Assembly: GCA_943332615.1 (NCBI GenBank)
Contig: CALQQB010000015.1
Location: 3,238-67,237, forward strand
DNA: 64,000 nt
Direction of reading: 5' to 3'
Source of the DNA: Phenylobacterium deserti
GTDB lineage: Bacteria; Pseudomonadota; Alphaproteobacteria; Caulobacterales; Caulobacteraceae
The translations under genes and the position numbers were made by a program. The notes under the pieces were generated by a model. It was given only the letters and a program-made list of their open reading frames with translations. It searched no databases and was not told the DNA's origin. Positions 18,057-29,257 of this stretch are shown here, piece after piece (within the stretch, counting starts at the first letter, position 1; every line of letters begins with the position of its first letter).

Positions 18057-19334
18057 CTAGTTTCTGCGGGGGATCATCACCGGCATCGTCTCATAGCCCT
18101 TTACGAAGGTAGACAGCACCCGCTTGGGCTCACCGGCCAGCTCGATAACCGGGAAGCGCTTGAGAATCTCTTCCCAGATGATGGTCAGCTGCAACTCGGC
18201 CAGGCGGTTGCCAACGCAGCGGTGGATGCCGAAGCCGAAGGAGATGTGCTGCCGGGGCCGCTCGCGGTCGATGATGTAGTCGTTGGGCCGCTCGATCACA
18301 GTCTCGTCGCGGTTGCCCGACACGTACCACATGACCACCTTGTCGCCCTTCCTGATGGTCTTGCCGCCGATCTCCACGTCCTCGTTCGCCGTGCGGCGCA
18401 TGTGGGCGAGCGGCGTCTGCCAGCGGATGGTCTCGCTCACCATCGAGGGGATCAGCGAGGGATCGGCGCGCAGTTTCGCGTACTGGTCGGGGTTCTGGTT
18501 CAAGGCCAGGATCGACCCGGAGATGGTGTTACGGGTGGTGTCGTTGCCGCCGACGGTCAGCAGCACGACGTTCCCGAAATATTCGCGCGGCTCCATGTTC
18601 CGGGTGTCCGGATTGTGCGCCAGCATCGAGATCAGGTCGCCGGCCGGCGGGGCGTTGACCTTCTGGTTCCAGAGCCCGGTGAAATAGGCGTGGTACTCCT
18701 GGAAGACCCCCATTTTCTGCTCGAGGGTCTCCACCAGTGCGCCGGGCGCCGGCGCGGTGGTGACGACATCGGACCAGTGAGTGATCTTGCGGCGGTCGGC
18801 CTGCGGCGCGTCGAACAGGGTGGCCAGGGTCATGGCCGTCAGTTCCTTCGACACCAGATCGACCCAGTCGAACACCTCGCCGATCGGCAGGGAGTCCAGG
18901 ATCGCGGCGGCGCGCTCGCGGATCTCGGGGCCCATCGCCAGCAGGGCGTGCGGCGACACCGCCGGGGTGACGGCCTTGCGCTGCACGTCGTGTTTGGGCG
19001 GGTCCATGGCGATGAACATCGGCAGCGGGTCCATGTTGGACTGGCCGCCGGCGATGGTGATGCCGCCCTTCATGAAGTCGCTGGAGAACCGGCCGTGGTC
19101 GGTGTCGATGGCCATGATGTCGTTGTATTTGGTGATCGACCAGTACGGCCCGAACTCGTGTTCTTCGAAGTAGTGGATCGGATCCTCGGCGCGCAGGCGC
19201 TCGAAGATCGGCCACATGGCGTCGGCCTGGAAAAGCTCCGGCTGGGCCGGGTTCAGCTTCTCGATGGGAAGGCGGTAGGCCTCCGCACGCGCGGATTCCC
19301 GGGTTATGCCCGTCACATTGCCGTCCGCCGCCAT
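18057..19334 (-). CDS. cytochrome P450, CYP153-like
   Basis: MFIAMDPP block, I-helix LLTVGGNDTTRN, EXXR (ETIRW), heme loop FGFGIHRCVGNRLAE. Start ATG 19334 with GGAAGGAA SD. Confidence 0.9.
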   Translation of the reverse strand: MAADGNVTGITRESARAEAYRLPIEKLNPAQPELFQADAMWPIFERLRAEDPIHYFEEHEFGPYWSITKYNDIMAIDTDHGRFSSDFMKGGITIAGGQSNMDPLPMFIAMDPPKHDVQRKAVTPAVSPHALLAMGPEIRERAAAILDSLPIGEVFDWVDLVSKELTAMTLATLFDAPQADRRKITHWSDVVTTAPAPGALVETLEQKMGVFQEYHAYFTGLWNQKVNAPPAGDLISMLAHNPDTRNMEPREYFGNVVLLTVGGNDTTRNTISGSILALNQNPDQYAKLRADPSLIPSMVSETIRWQTPLAHMRRTANEDVEIGGKTIRKGDKVVMWYVSGNRDETVIERPNDYIIDRERPRQHISFGFGIHRCVGNRLAELQLTIIWEEILKRFPVIELAGEPKRVLSTFVKGYETMPVMIPRRN

Positions 19335-19465
19335 GGCCGTTTCCTTCCGAGTCCAGATAGGCCACAGTGAACGACGATAATGTGCATTTGAACAGGGCTT
19401 GGTCGTCGTTGTCGGCATGTAAGACTGTCGTCACCAGCGTCGAGGTTGCGCAGGAGATTCTCGAA

Positions 19466-20191
19466 GTGGCATCTGTTTCCTCAATCCTGTCTCGGCGCCG
19501 CCTGATCGTCGCGGCCGGCGGTCTGCTGATTGCACCGCGGGCCCTCGCTGAAGACGCCGCCCATGCCGAAGTCGCCGCCGGCGTCACACCAGAGGCGGCC
19601 ATGGCCCGGCTGGTCGATGGAAATGCGCGCTACGCCGCCGGCCGGGCGACCCATAGCCATCAGGATGCGCAACGGCGCATGACCTTGGCGACCCGCCAGG
19701 CACCCTTCGCCACTATTCTGGCCTGTGCCGACAGCCGCGTGGCGCCGGAACTGATCTTTGACCAGGGCCTGGGCGACCTGTTCGTCGTCCGCGTCGCGGG
19801 CAATGTGGTCGATGACGCCGTGCTGGCGTCGATCGAATATTCGGTGATCCACCTGGGCTCGACGCTGATCATGGCCCTGGGTCATGAACGCTGCGGTGCG
19901 GTCAAGGCGACGATCGACGCCCTCGACGGCCATGGTTCCGAAGAGGACGCTGACACAAAGATCGGCGCGCTGGCTGCGTTCATCGCCCCATCCGTGAAGG
20001 CCGCGGGAGCCAGCGGGACCGACCGGCTTGACGCCGCGGTCTCACTGAACGCCGCTCATGCCGCAGCCGAAATCTTTGCCGGCTCGCCGCCGCTGCGCGC
20101 TCGCGTTCTGAGCGGAAAACTGAAAATCGTGGCGGCCCGGTATGATCTCGATGACGGCCGGGTCACGCCGACCCGCTCCGAACAGACCTGA
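19466..20191 (+). CDS. beta-class carbonic anhydrase with Tat-type signal
   Basis: CADSRV and HERCGAV zinc motifs; SRRRLIVAAGGLLIAPRALA. GTG 19466 is preferred (AGGAG 9 nt upstream); the ORF is open from 19367. Confidence 0.85.
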   Translation: MASVSSILSRRRLIVAAGGLLIAPRALAEDAAHAEVAAGVTPEAAMARLVDGNARYAAGRATHSHQDAQRRMTLATRQAPFATILACADSRVAPELIFDQGLGDLFVVRVAGNVVDDAVLASIEYSVIHLGSTLIMALGHERCGAVKATIDALDGHGSEEDADTKIGALAAFIAPSVKAAGASGTDRLDAAVSLNAAHAAAEIFAGSPPLRARVLSGKLKIVAARYDLDDGRVTPTRSEQT

Positions 20192-20219
20192 TCTTCAGCC
20201 GTTTCAGGCCTGGACGACG

Positions 20220-20624
20220 TCAGGCGTGGGCGACGGCGGCCTCGACATCGGCCGCCGGCCGACCGATCAGATCCTTGGCCAGTTCGCCCACCAGCACCGC
20301 TTCCAGGCCCTTGTGATAGTGTCGCCGTAGTTCACCCAGGGTCTTGGGCGCGGCGATCACCATCAGCGACCGTATCCTGCCCTCCAGCACCTCCCGGTTC
20401 AGCCAGGCTGCTGCGCCGGCGGCGAACCCGTCCTCGGTCTGGTGATGGCCGTCTGGATTGGCCGAACCGGAGACGTGCCGACCACCGGAGCCGGCATTGG
20501 CTGTCTCGATATGCGGGTTAGGCTGCGCGGTCAGCGACAGCGCGCCTTCGTGACCCCCGTTCTGGAACAGGTGCAGGTGTTCGCCGTCGATCACCGCCAC
20601 GGTGGCATGGATGGGTAGCAGCAT
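20220..20624 (-). CDS. host attachment protein family protein
   Basis: About 134 aa from MLLPIHATVAVIDGEHLHLFQN; AAGGAG SD. Overall resemblance to the Host_attach family (recalled, not searched). Confidence 0.65.
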   Translation of the reverse strand: MLLPIHATVAVIDGEHLHLFQNGGHEGALSLTAQPNPHIETANAGSGGRHVSGSANPDGHHQTEDGFAAGAAAWLNREVLEGRIRSLMVIAAPKTLGELRRHYHKGLEAVLVGELAKDLIGRPAADVEAAVAHA

Positions 20625-20772
20625 TGGCGACTCCTTCGGTGTCGGACGTTTCGGCGTCCATTGCGCGCGGCGATGGCGACCACGCCTTGAGCGAAAGCAA
20701 AACCGGTCGCGGATTTCAGTGTCCGCCACACGGGAGTAGGCTCATCGCCAGACCAGCTGGCCGGGGGATTCG

Positions 20773-21168
20773 ATGACGCCACGAGAGACAACGCTCTACG
20801 CCGCCCTCGGGTTCGGCGTCTGGCTGTCGGGGGCGGTAATGTTCCGCTTCGGGGGCAAGCTGATGTTCGAAAGTGGCCCCTGGATCCTGCTGGCGTCGGC
20901 CGTCGGGATCGCCGCCAGCGTCTGCTTCCTGCTGAAGGCGACGATGGACTGGCGCAAGGCCGCGGCGAAGGACGCCGTGACGGTGGCGGCGATCATGGCG
21001 CTGCCGGGCCTGCTGGGCGATGTGGGCTACATCCTGGCCTTCCCGCAGATCACCGGCCTAAGCCCGCTCACCGCGGGGCCCTATGCCGCCCTGATCATCT
21101 TCGGCAACGCCGCGCTGCTGGCCTACGCGTTGTTCCGCGCCCGTCCGGTCCAAATCATCAAGTCCTGA
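20773..21168 (+). CDS. small integral membrane protein (about 4 TM)
   Basis: 131 aa with four hydrophobic stretches; no family assigned. Confidence 0.7.
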   Translation: MTPRETTLYAALGFGVWLSGAVMFRFGGKLMFESGPWILLASAVGIAASVCFLLKATMDWRKAAAKDAVTVAAIMALPGLLGDVGYILAFPQITGLSPLTAGPYAALIIFGNAALLAYALFRARPVQIIKS

Positions 21169-21239
21169 CTCGAGCTTCGCGCACCCTTGCGCACTGCGGC
21201 GGCAGGTTCCAGCGTGGGGGCCCCTCTGGAGGACGCGCC

Positions 21240-22019
21240 ATGGACTTGGCTCCCATCGACCTGGATTGGCCCACCATCGTGGGCGACCTGCAGCAGTTGT
21301 TGAAGCTGCGCTCCATACCGTTCGGCATGAAGCTCTACGCCGACCGCGCCGAGATGGAGGCGATCCCGCGCATCCGCCGGCCCACGGCGGTCCACACCCT
21401 GGACCAGCTGGTCGGCCAGGCCTCGCGGCTGGGCTGGACGGTGGGGGTGACCTCCGAGGACCTGGTCGGCGCCCAGTGCCGGGCGGTGGTGGGGCTGGGC
21501 GCGGCCAAGACCGACGACTGGAAGTCCGGCCGCCACATGACCGGGGTCTGGTTCGAGACGGTGGAGGACGCGTCGGCCCACCAGGCGGCTATGCACTGCG
21601 TGCCGGACGGCCAGTATGACGCGCTGGCCATCGGCCCCTTGGCGGCGGGCAAGCTGGTCGATCCCGATATCGCGCTGTTCTACGCGACGCCCGGGGCGAT
21701 GATCTATTTCATTAATGGGCTGCAGTGGTCTGGCTACAAGAAGTTCGACTGGGGCGTGGTCGGCGAAAGCGCCTGCGCCGACAGCTGGGGCCGGGCCCTG
21801 ACCCGGCGCGAACCCAGCCTCTCCATCCCCTGCTTCGCCGAGCGCCGCTACGGTGGGGTGCTGGACGACGAGATGCTGATGGCCCTGCCGCCGGAGTACC
21901 TGGTGAAAGCCATCACGGGGATGCGGGCGCTCAGCAAGAACGGGTTCCGCTATCCGTTCCCGCAGTACGGCGTGCAGCAGGACGTGCGGGCGGGGATGGC
22001 GGTGAGTTACGGGGGGTAG
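21240..22019 (+). CDS. DUF169-like protein
   Basis: 259-aa ORF with good GC3. Resemblance to DUF169/COG2043 proteins is recalled only. Confidence 0.65.
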   Translation: MDLAPIDLDWPTIVGDLQQLLKLRSIPFGMKLYADRAEMEAIPRIRRPTAVHTLDQLVGQASRLGWTVGVTSEDLVGAQCRAVVGLGAAKTDDWKSGRHMTGVWFETVEDASAHQAAMHCVPDGQYDALAIGPLAAGKLVDPDIALFYATPGAMIYFINGLQWSGYKKFDWGVVGESACADSWGRALTRREPSLSIPCFAERRYGGVLDDEMLMALPPEYLVKAITGMRALSKNGFRYPFPQYGVQQDVRAGMAVSYGG

Positions 22020-22103
22020 AGGCGCCGGCGACCCAATGGCGGCCGCCATGCTGGCGAATGGGGTGGCCATGCTGGCGGCGTCGTAGCCCTCAATGATGCG
22101 CCG

Positions 22104-22499
22104 GTGGCCACCTATGCCGCGGCGATCCGGGCGGGTGGGTCGGCGAAGGGCGAGGTGCTGGGCGTGCTGGGCATCCACTTCGACTGGCGGCCCCAGGCCC
22201 GCGCGGTGGTGGACGGCGTGCGCCTGACCCAGGACGAGCGCAGCCGCTCGCGGGTCATGCTGCTGGACAGCTCGGGCCGGGTGCTGGCGTCGTCGGACCG
22301 CAAGGGCGAACTGGTGGAGGTTTTCAAGCTTCCGGCCGACGCCAGCGCGATGGGCAGCTACGCCGACCGTGGCGCCACCGTCGGCTACGCGCTGACGCCT
22401 GGCTACGAGACCTACAAGGGTCTCGGCTGGTACGGTTGCATCACCCAGGCCGAGCCCCGCAGGGTCGCCCCCGCTGTCCCGAGGGCCACCGCGGCGTAG
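22104..22499 (+). CDS. Cache-like sensor-domain fragment (possible remnant)
   Basis: GEVLGVLGIHFDW...VMLLDSSGRVLASS...GYETYKGLGWYGCITQ resembles the C-terminal half of a periplasmic Cache ligand-binding domain. There is no TM, HAMP or output domain, and the GTG start is uncertain. Confidence 0.4.
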   Translation: MATYAAAIRAGGSAKGEVLGVLGIHFDWRPQARAVVDGVRLTQDERSRSRVMLLDSSGRVLASSDRKGELVEVFKLPADASAMGSYADRGATVGYALTPGYETYKGLGWYGCITQAEPRRVAPAVPRATAA

Positions 22500-22530
22500 G
22501 GCGGCCGGCGTCCGCATTTGGCGTCGCGGC

Positions 22531-22565
22531 CAGTCATCCACAGGTTCGGCAGTCATCCACAGGTT
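22531..22565 (+). promoter_or_regulatory. two tandem DnaA-box-like motifs upstream of dnaG
   Basis: Perfect 16-bp direct repeat CAGTCATCCACAGGTT at 22531-22546 and 22550-22565. Each contains TCATCCACA (8 of 9 to TTATCCACA). Located 33-67 nt upstream of the dnaG ATG. Confidence 0.4.
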
Positions 22566-22597
22566 TGGCGGCGCTGTCGGTGCTACCGGTGTGAGCG

Positions 22598-24517
22598 ATG
22601 GTGGGTCGGTTCGACGAGCGTTTTCTGGAGGAGATCAAGTCGCGGCTTCGGCCGTCCGACGTGATCGGCCGCACCGTGAAGCTGCGCAAGCAGGGCCGCG
22701 AGTATGTGGGCCTGTCGCCGTTCAACAAGGAGAAGACGCCCTCGTTCTATGTGAACGACGACAAGGGCCAGTTCTTCGACTTCTCGTCCGGCAAGAACGG
22801 CGACCTGATCACCTTCCTGCAGGAGACCGAGCGGCTGTCGTTCGCCGAGGCCGTCGAGCGGCTGGCGGGCGAGGCCGGGGTGGCGCTGCCGGAGGTCGAT
22901 CCGCGCGGCGCCGAGCAGGAGAAGGTCCGCCAGGGCCTGGCCGAATGGCTGGAGCTGGCCGCCCAATGGTTCGAGGGCGAGCTGAAGCGGCCGGCCGGGC
23001 GCGAGGCGCGGGCCTATCTGGCGACGCGGGGCCTGCCGGACAGCGAGTGGGGCCGCTTCCGGCTGGGGTTCTCGCCGTCCAGCCGCACCGCGCTGAAGGA
23101 CTATCTGGTCGCCAAGGGCGCCCGGCCGGGCGAACTGATCGAGGCCGGGCTGCTGATCGCGCCTGAGGATGGCGGGCAGCCCTACGACCGGTTCCGCGAC
23201 CGGATCATCTTTCCGATCCTCGACGCCCGGGGCCGGGTGATCTCGTTCGGCGGCCGGGCGATGGACCCGCAGGCCCGCGCCAAATACCTGAACGGCCCGG
23301 AGACGCCGGTCTTCCACAAGGGCCACCAGCTCTACGGCCTGTCGGAGGCCCGCAAGATCATCGCCGCCGCATCCGGCGCCGAGACGCCGCCGCTTGTGGT
23401 GGTCGAGGGCTACATGGACGTCATCGCCTGCCACCGGGCCGGGGTCCCGGCCGTGGCCGCCATGGGCACGGCCCTGGGCGAAGAGCAGATGGAGGTGCTG
23501 TGGCGCCATCATCCGGAGCCGACCCTCTGCTTCGACGGCGACCGGGCCGGGCGGCAGGCGGCGGCGCGGTCGATGGACCGGGCGCTGCCGCTGCTGCGCG
23601 CCGGGCGCAGTTTCCAGTTCGCGATCGTCGAGGGCGGCAAGGACCCCGACGAGGTGCTGCGCGAGCAGGGCGCGCCGGCGCTGAAGGCGCAACTCAGCCG
23701 CACCACGCCCTTTGCCGAGGCCCTGTTTATCCGCGAGCGCGACGCCGAGCCGCTGGACACGCCGGAGCGCAAGACCGCGCTGAAGGTGCGCCTGCGCAAG
23801 CTGGCCGCCACCATCGCCGACCCGGACCTGGCGGGCGCCTACAAGGAAGACCTGCTGGGCCGGTTCGAGGAATTGTCACCGCGCCGCGAGCAGCCGGTCT
23901 ATTCCCCCGGCGCGGCGGGTCGCGCCCTGGCCAACCACGGCTGGGCCAAGCGCAAGGCGGCCCTGACCGGCGCCACGCCGGAGGCCAAGGACGCCGCCGA
24001 GCGCATGCGCCACGCGCCCAAGGCGCTGTCGGCCGCCCTGGCGGTCGCCGCCGTCCACGATCCGGGCGTGCTGGACGACGCCATCGAGCGGGTCGGCTCC
24101 CACGGCTTCGGCGATGCGCGGCTGGACGGGTTGGCGCACGAACTGGTGGCCCTGCGCTACGAGGCCGAGCACCTGGAATTCGACGCCGCGCTGCGCCGCC
24201 TGCAGGCCAGGGGCTTCGGCCCGGACGATCTGGCGCGACTGGAACGTGACGCCAGCCGCGCCGGGGTCAGCGCCCCCTTTCTCGACCCCACGGCGGCCCG
24301 CGAACGCACCCGCGACCTCTGGCGCCAGGCCTTCGACCTGATGCTGGAACTGGAGAGCCTGGAGCGCGCCGTCACCGTCGCCGTGCAGGACCTGGCGCGC
24401 GACGGCGACTCCACCACCCTCAACAGCCTGAAGTCCGAGCGCGACCACCTGCGCAAGCTGCTCAACAGCGACTGGTCCAACCCTGAGGCCGCCATGGCGC
24501 CGGTGCTGCCGCACTGA
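22598..24517 (+). CDS. dnaG: DNA primase
   Basis: Zn-finger region GLSPFNKEKTPSFYVNDDKGQFFDFSSGKNGD, TOPRIM EGYMDVIA...DGDRAGRQAA; 639 aa. Confidence 0.97.
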   Translation: MVGRFDERFLEEIKSRLRPSDVIGRTVKLRKQGREYVGLSPFNKEKTPSFYVNDDKGQFFDFSSGKNGDLITFLQETERLSFAEAVERLAGEAGVALPEVDPRGAEQEKVRQGLAEWLELAAQWFEGELKRPAGREARAYLATRGLPDSEWGRFRLGFSPSSRTALKDYLVAKGARPGELIEAGLLIAPEDGGQPYDRFRDRIIFPILDARGRVISFGGRAMDPQARAKYLNGPETPVFHKGHQLYGLSEARKIIAAASGAETPPLVVVEGYMDVIACHRAGVPAVAAMGTALGEEQMEVLWRHHPEPTLCFDGDRAGRQAAARSMDRALPLLRAGRSFQFAIVEGGKDPDEVLREQGAPALKAQLSRTTPFAEALFIRERDAEPLDTPERKTALKVRLRKLAATIADPDLAGAYKEDLLGRFEELSPRREQPVYSPGAAGRALANHGWAKRKAALTGATPEAKDAAERMRHAPKALSAALAVAAVHDPGVLDDAIERVGSHGFGDARLDGLAHELVALRYEAEHLEFDAALRRLQARGFGPDDLARLERDASRAGVSAPFLDPTAARERTRDLWRQAFDLMLELESLERAVTVAVQDLARDGDSTTLNSLKSERDHLRKLLNSDWSNPEAAMAPVLPH

Positions 24518-24919
24518 GGGGAGGACGCGCTGGTTGGCTTCAAAGGCCGCGCAATTGTGTCACGACCTTGACATCGCGCCCTCCCCACGCCATCTGCAAC
24601 TCTGCGGATTTAGCGCACCTATGACAGACATCGCCGGGCCGTCGCGCAATGCGGACGCGCCCCCTACGCGGATGATGATGTCTCCCTCGAGGTGCGGTGA
24701 TCCCGGCGGCCGCAGTGCTGCCTCGCTGTTTTCGGCCAACGGGTCGGGGCGGCGTTCGGACGACTGCGCGCGTGACGTCGGATTTCGCGAATTCTGAATG
24801 GATACGAATTGGCGGGTGGCGGGTCGTATTGTCGCGGCCCCTCTGGTCCATCCGCCGGCCACATCATCTAGCGTCCGGGCCCTTGGCGAAGGGGTCTGGT
24901 CCGCAAATGGAGATTTTGG

Positions 24920-26890
<1,971 letters not shown>

Positions 26891-26942
26891 GGCGGCGGAT
26901 GACGCAAGCTTAAGCTGACCTTCCGCAACGCAAGCATCTATG

Positions 26943-26968
26943 ACTCCCCGGGCGCAAGTCCGGGGAGT
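26943..26968 (+). terminator. 9-bp perfect stem-loop after rpoD, overlapping the next gene's SD
   Basis: ACTCCCCGG-GCGCAAGT-CCGGGGAGT, 53 nt after the rpoD stop. The 3' arm contains the GGGGAG SD of the M28 peptidase gene. There is no strong U-tract. Confidence 0.35.
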
Positions 26969-26972
26969 TCTC

Positions 26973-28643
26973 ATGAGTCGAGCCAAGGTTCTGGCCGCGG
27001 CCGCCGTCGCCGCCCTGGCGCTGGCCGCGGCGGCGCTGGCGATCCCCGGGGACGGCGCGCACGCCCAGCCGAACGAGGCTGCCGCGGTCTCCGCCGCCCA
27101 CGTCAAGGCGCACATGACGTTCCTGGCCAGCGATCTGCTGCGGGGGCGGGAGGCTGGGTCTCCCGGCTTCGACATCGCCGCCAACTATGTGGCCTCGCAG
27201 TTCGCGCAGCTGGGGCTGAAGCCGGCGGGCGGGGACGGGACCTATTTCCAGAAGGTGCCGCTGCTGGCGACGCGCCCGATGGACCAGGGCCGCTTCGTGG
27301 TGCGCGGCAAGGATGGGGGGGAGGTCCCGCTGGTGTTCGGCGAGGACGTGATGGTGGGCCGTCCGGTCGGGCCCAGCGCGCGCCATGTCGCGGCCCCGAT
27401 GGTGTTCGTGGGCTATGGCCTGGTCGCCCCGGAGCGCGGGCGTGACGACTACAGGGGCCTGAATGTGGCTGGCAAGATCGTGGTGGTGCTGAACGGCGCG
27501 CCAGCCAGCTTTCAGACCGAGGAGCGGGCCTATTACGCCAACGGCCGCACCAAGCGGGCGCAGGCGGCGGCGCACGGCGCGGTCGGGATGATCTCGCTAT
27601 ACCTGCCGCGCGACGAGCAGCGCCGGCCGTTCGCCGAGGGTAAGCGCACCTGGCAGAGCTGGGCCATGACCTGGCGCAAGGCCGACGGCGCCCCCAACGA
27701 CGTGGCTCCGGACACCCCGCAGCTGGCCATGGTCAGCATCCAGGGCGCGGCTAAGCTCTTCGCGGGCGCCAAGGTTTCCTATGACAAGGTGGCGGAGGCC
27801 GCCGAGACGCCCAAGGCCAACCCGCCACGCTTCGCGCTCGCCACATCGTTGGATGTGACGCTGCACACCGAGAGCCAGGTTATCGAGAGCGAGAATGTCG
27901 CCGGCCTGCTGGAAGGCTCGGACCCGAGGCTGAAAAACGAGGTGGTGGTGCTGTCGGCCCACCTGGATCACATCGGGATCACCCCACCGGTGAAGGGCGA
28001 CGAGATCAACAACGGGGCCCTCGACAACGCCGCTGGCGTCGCCACCACGCTGGAGGTGGCGCGCGCCTTCGTGGAAAGCGGCCAGCGCCCGCGCCGTTCG
28101 ATCCTGTTTCTGACCGTCACCGGCGAGGAGAAGGGCCTGCTGGGCGCCGAATACTTCACCCGCAATCCGACCCTGGGGCCTCGGCCGATCGTGGCCAACG
28201 TCGATCTCGACATGCCGATCCTGCTCTACGACTTCACCGACGTCGTGGCCTTCGGGGCGGACCGTTCCGGTATGGGGCCGGCGGTGAGCCGGGCCGCCGC
28301 GCGGATGGGCGTCGCGCTATCCCCCGACCCGATCCCGGAGGAGGGCATCTTCACACGCTCCGACCACTACCGGTTCGTGGAGATGGGCATCCCGGCAGTG
28401 TACCTGATCACCGGCTTCCAGAACGGCGGCGAGGCGAAGTTCCGCAACTTCCTGGCCGGCTGCTATCATCGCCCCTGCGACGACCTCGCCCAGCCGATCG
28501 ACTATGCTGCGGGCGCCAAGTTCGCGAAACTCAACTACGAAATCACCCGTGAACTGGCCGATGGCGAGACGCGTCCGCTGTGGAACAAGGGCGACTTCTT
28601 CGGGACCCGGTTTGCGCCGCCGCAGCTGATCGCGGACCGCTGA
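26973..28643 (+). CDS. M28 family metallopeptidase with PA domain, secreted
   Basis: Signal MSRAKVLAAAAVAALALAAAALA; zinc motifs HLDHIG, GALDNAAGVA, GEEKGLLG, SDHYRF. Confidence 0.85.
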   Translation: MSRAKVLAAAAVAALALAAAALAIPGDGAHAQPNEAAAVSAAHVKAHMTFLASDLLRGREAGSPGFDIAANYVASQFAQLGLKPAGGDGTYFQKVPLLATRPMDQGRFVVRGKDGGEVPLVFGEDVMVGRPVGPSARHVAAPMVFVGYGLVAPERGRDDYRGLNVAGKIVVVLNGAPASFQTEERAYYANGRTKRAQAAAHGAVGMISLYLPRDEQRRPFAEGKRTWQSWAMTWRKADGAPNDVAPDTPQLAMVSIQGAAKLFAGAKVSYDKVAEAAETPKANPPRFALATSLDVTLHTESQVIESENVAGLLEGSDPRLKNEVVVLSAHLDHIGITPPVKGDEINNGALDNAAGVATTLEVARAFVESGQRPRRSILFLTVTGEEKGLLGAEYFTRNPTLGPRPIVANVDLDMPILLYDFTDVVAFGADRSGMGPAVSRAAARMGVALSPDPIPEEGIFTRSDHYRFVEMGIPAVYLITGFQNGGEAKFRNFLAGCYHRPCDDLAQPIDYAAGAKFAKLNYEITRELADGETRPLWNKGDFFGTRFAPPQLIADR

Positions 28644-28677
28644 GTCTTTCGGGGGCCGGGTTCCGAAGGGGGCGCTG

Positions 28678-29226
28678 TCAGCCGCGGACCATCTCCAGAA
28701 TGCCGAGTGCCAGTTCCGCCAGGATCAGCGCGACGACCACCGCCTCGAGCCGCAGCGACCGCTCGGTGTCAATGAGATCGGTCTCCAGCCGGGCGTAGAG
28801 CCGTTCCAAGTCCGGCCGATCCCACAGCAGGTCCGGCTTTTCGCCGATGGTGAAGCGGCCGCTGACTTGATGCTCAACGAGCAGGGCCGAACCGATCAGG
28901 CGGATCACAGCGCGTCGGCCGCCCCGCCGCCGACCATTTCGGGCCAGGTCGCTGGCCCAGGGTTCGATCGTCTCCAGTACCTCGGCGACCTGATGCTCGT
29001 GGTGGGCCGGCACGACGCTGCGGGCCAGGACGAAGGCGACGGCGAGCAGGCGGGCTGGCGACCGGCCGGCGATGCGCACCTGCTCGCCGACCCGGAATGC
29101 GAGCGGCGCCGTGGAAAGCGCGTCACTGCGCTCGAGCCCGGCGGTGTCGATCCTCTCACCAACGAGAACCGCGCGCGCCGTGAGGGGTGTGAAGGCGGTT
29201 TCCGACTGGGTTGCGATCTCGTCCAT
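28678..29226 (-). CDS. RMD1/DUF155-like protein (short)
   Basis: C-terminal DLLWDRPDLERLYARLE...ERSLRLEAVVVALI plus a terminal TM is typical of DUF155. 182 aa is shorter than I expect for the family. Confidence 0.55.
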   Translation of the reverse strand: MDEIATQSETAFTPLTARAVLVGERIDTAGLERSDALSTAPLAFRVGEQVRIAGRSPARLLAVAFVLARSVVPAHHEHQVAEVLETIEPWASDLARNGRRRGGRRAVIRLIGSALLVEHQVSGRFTIGEKPDLLWDRPDLERLYARLETDLIDTERSLRLEAVVVALILAELALGILEMVRG

Positions 29227-29257
29227 GCCAAGCGGGACAACGCCGCGTCCTTCGCCG

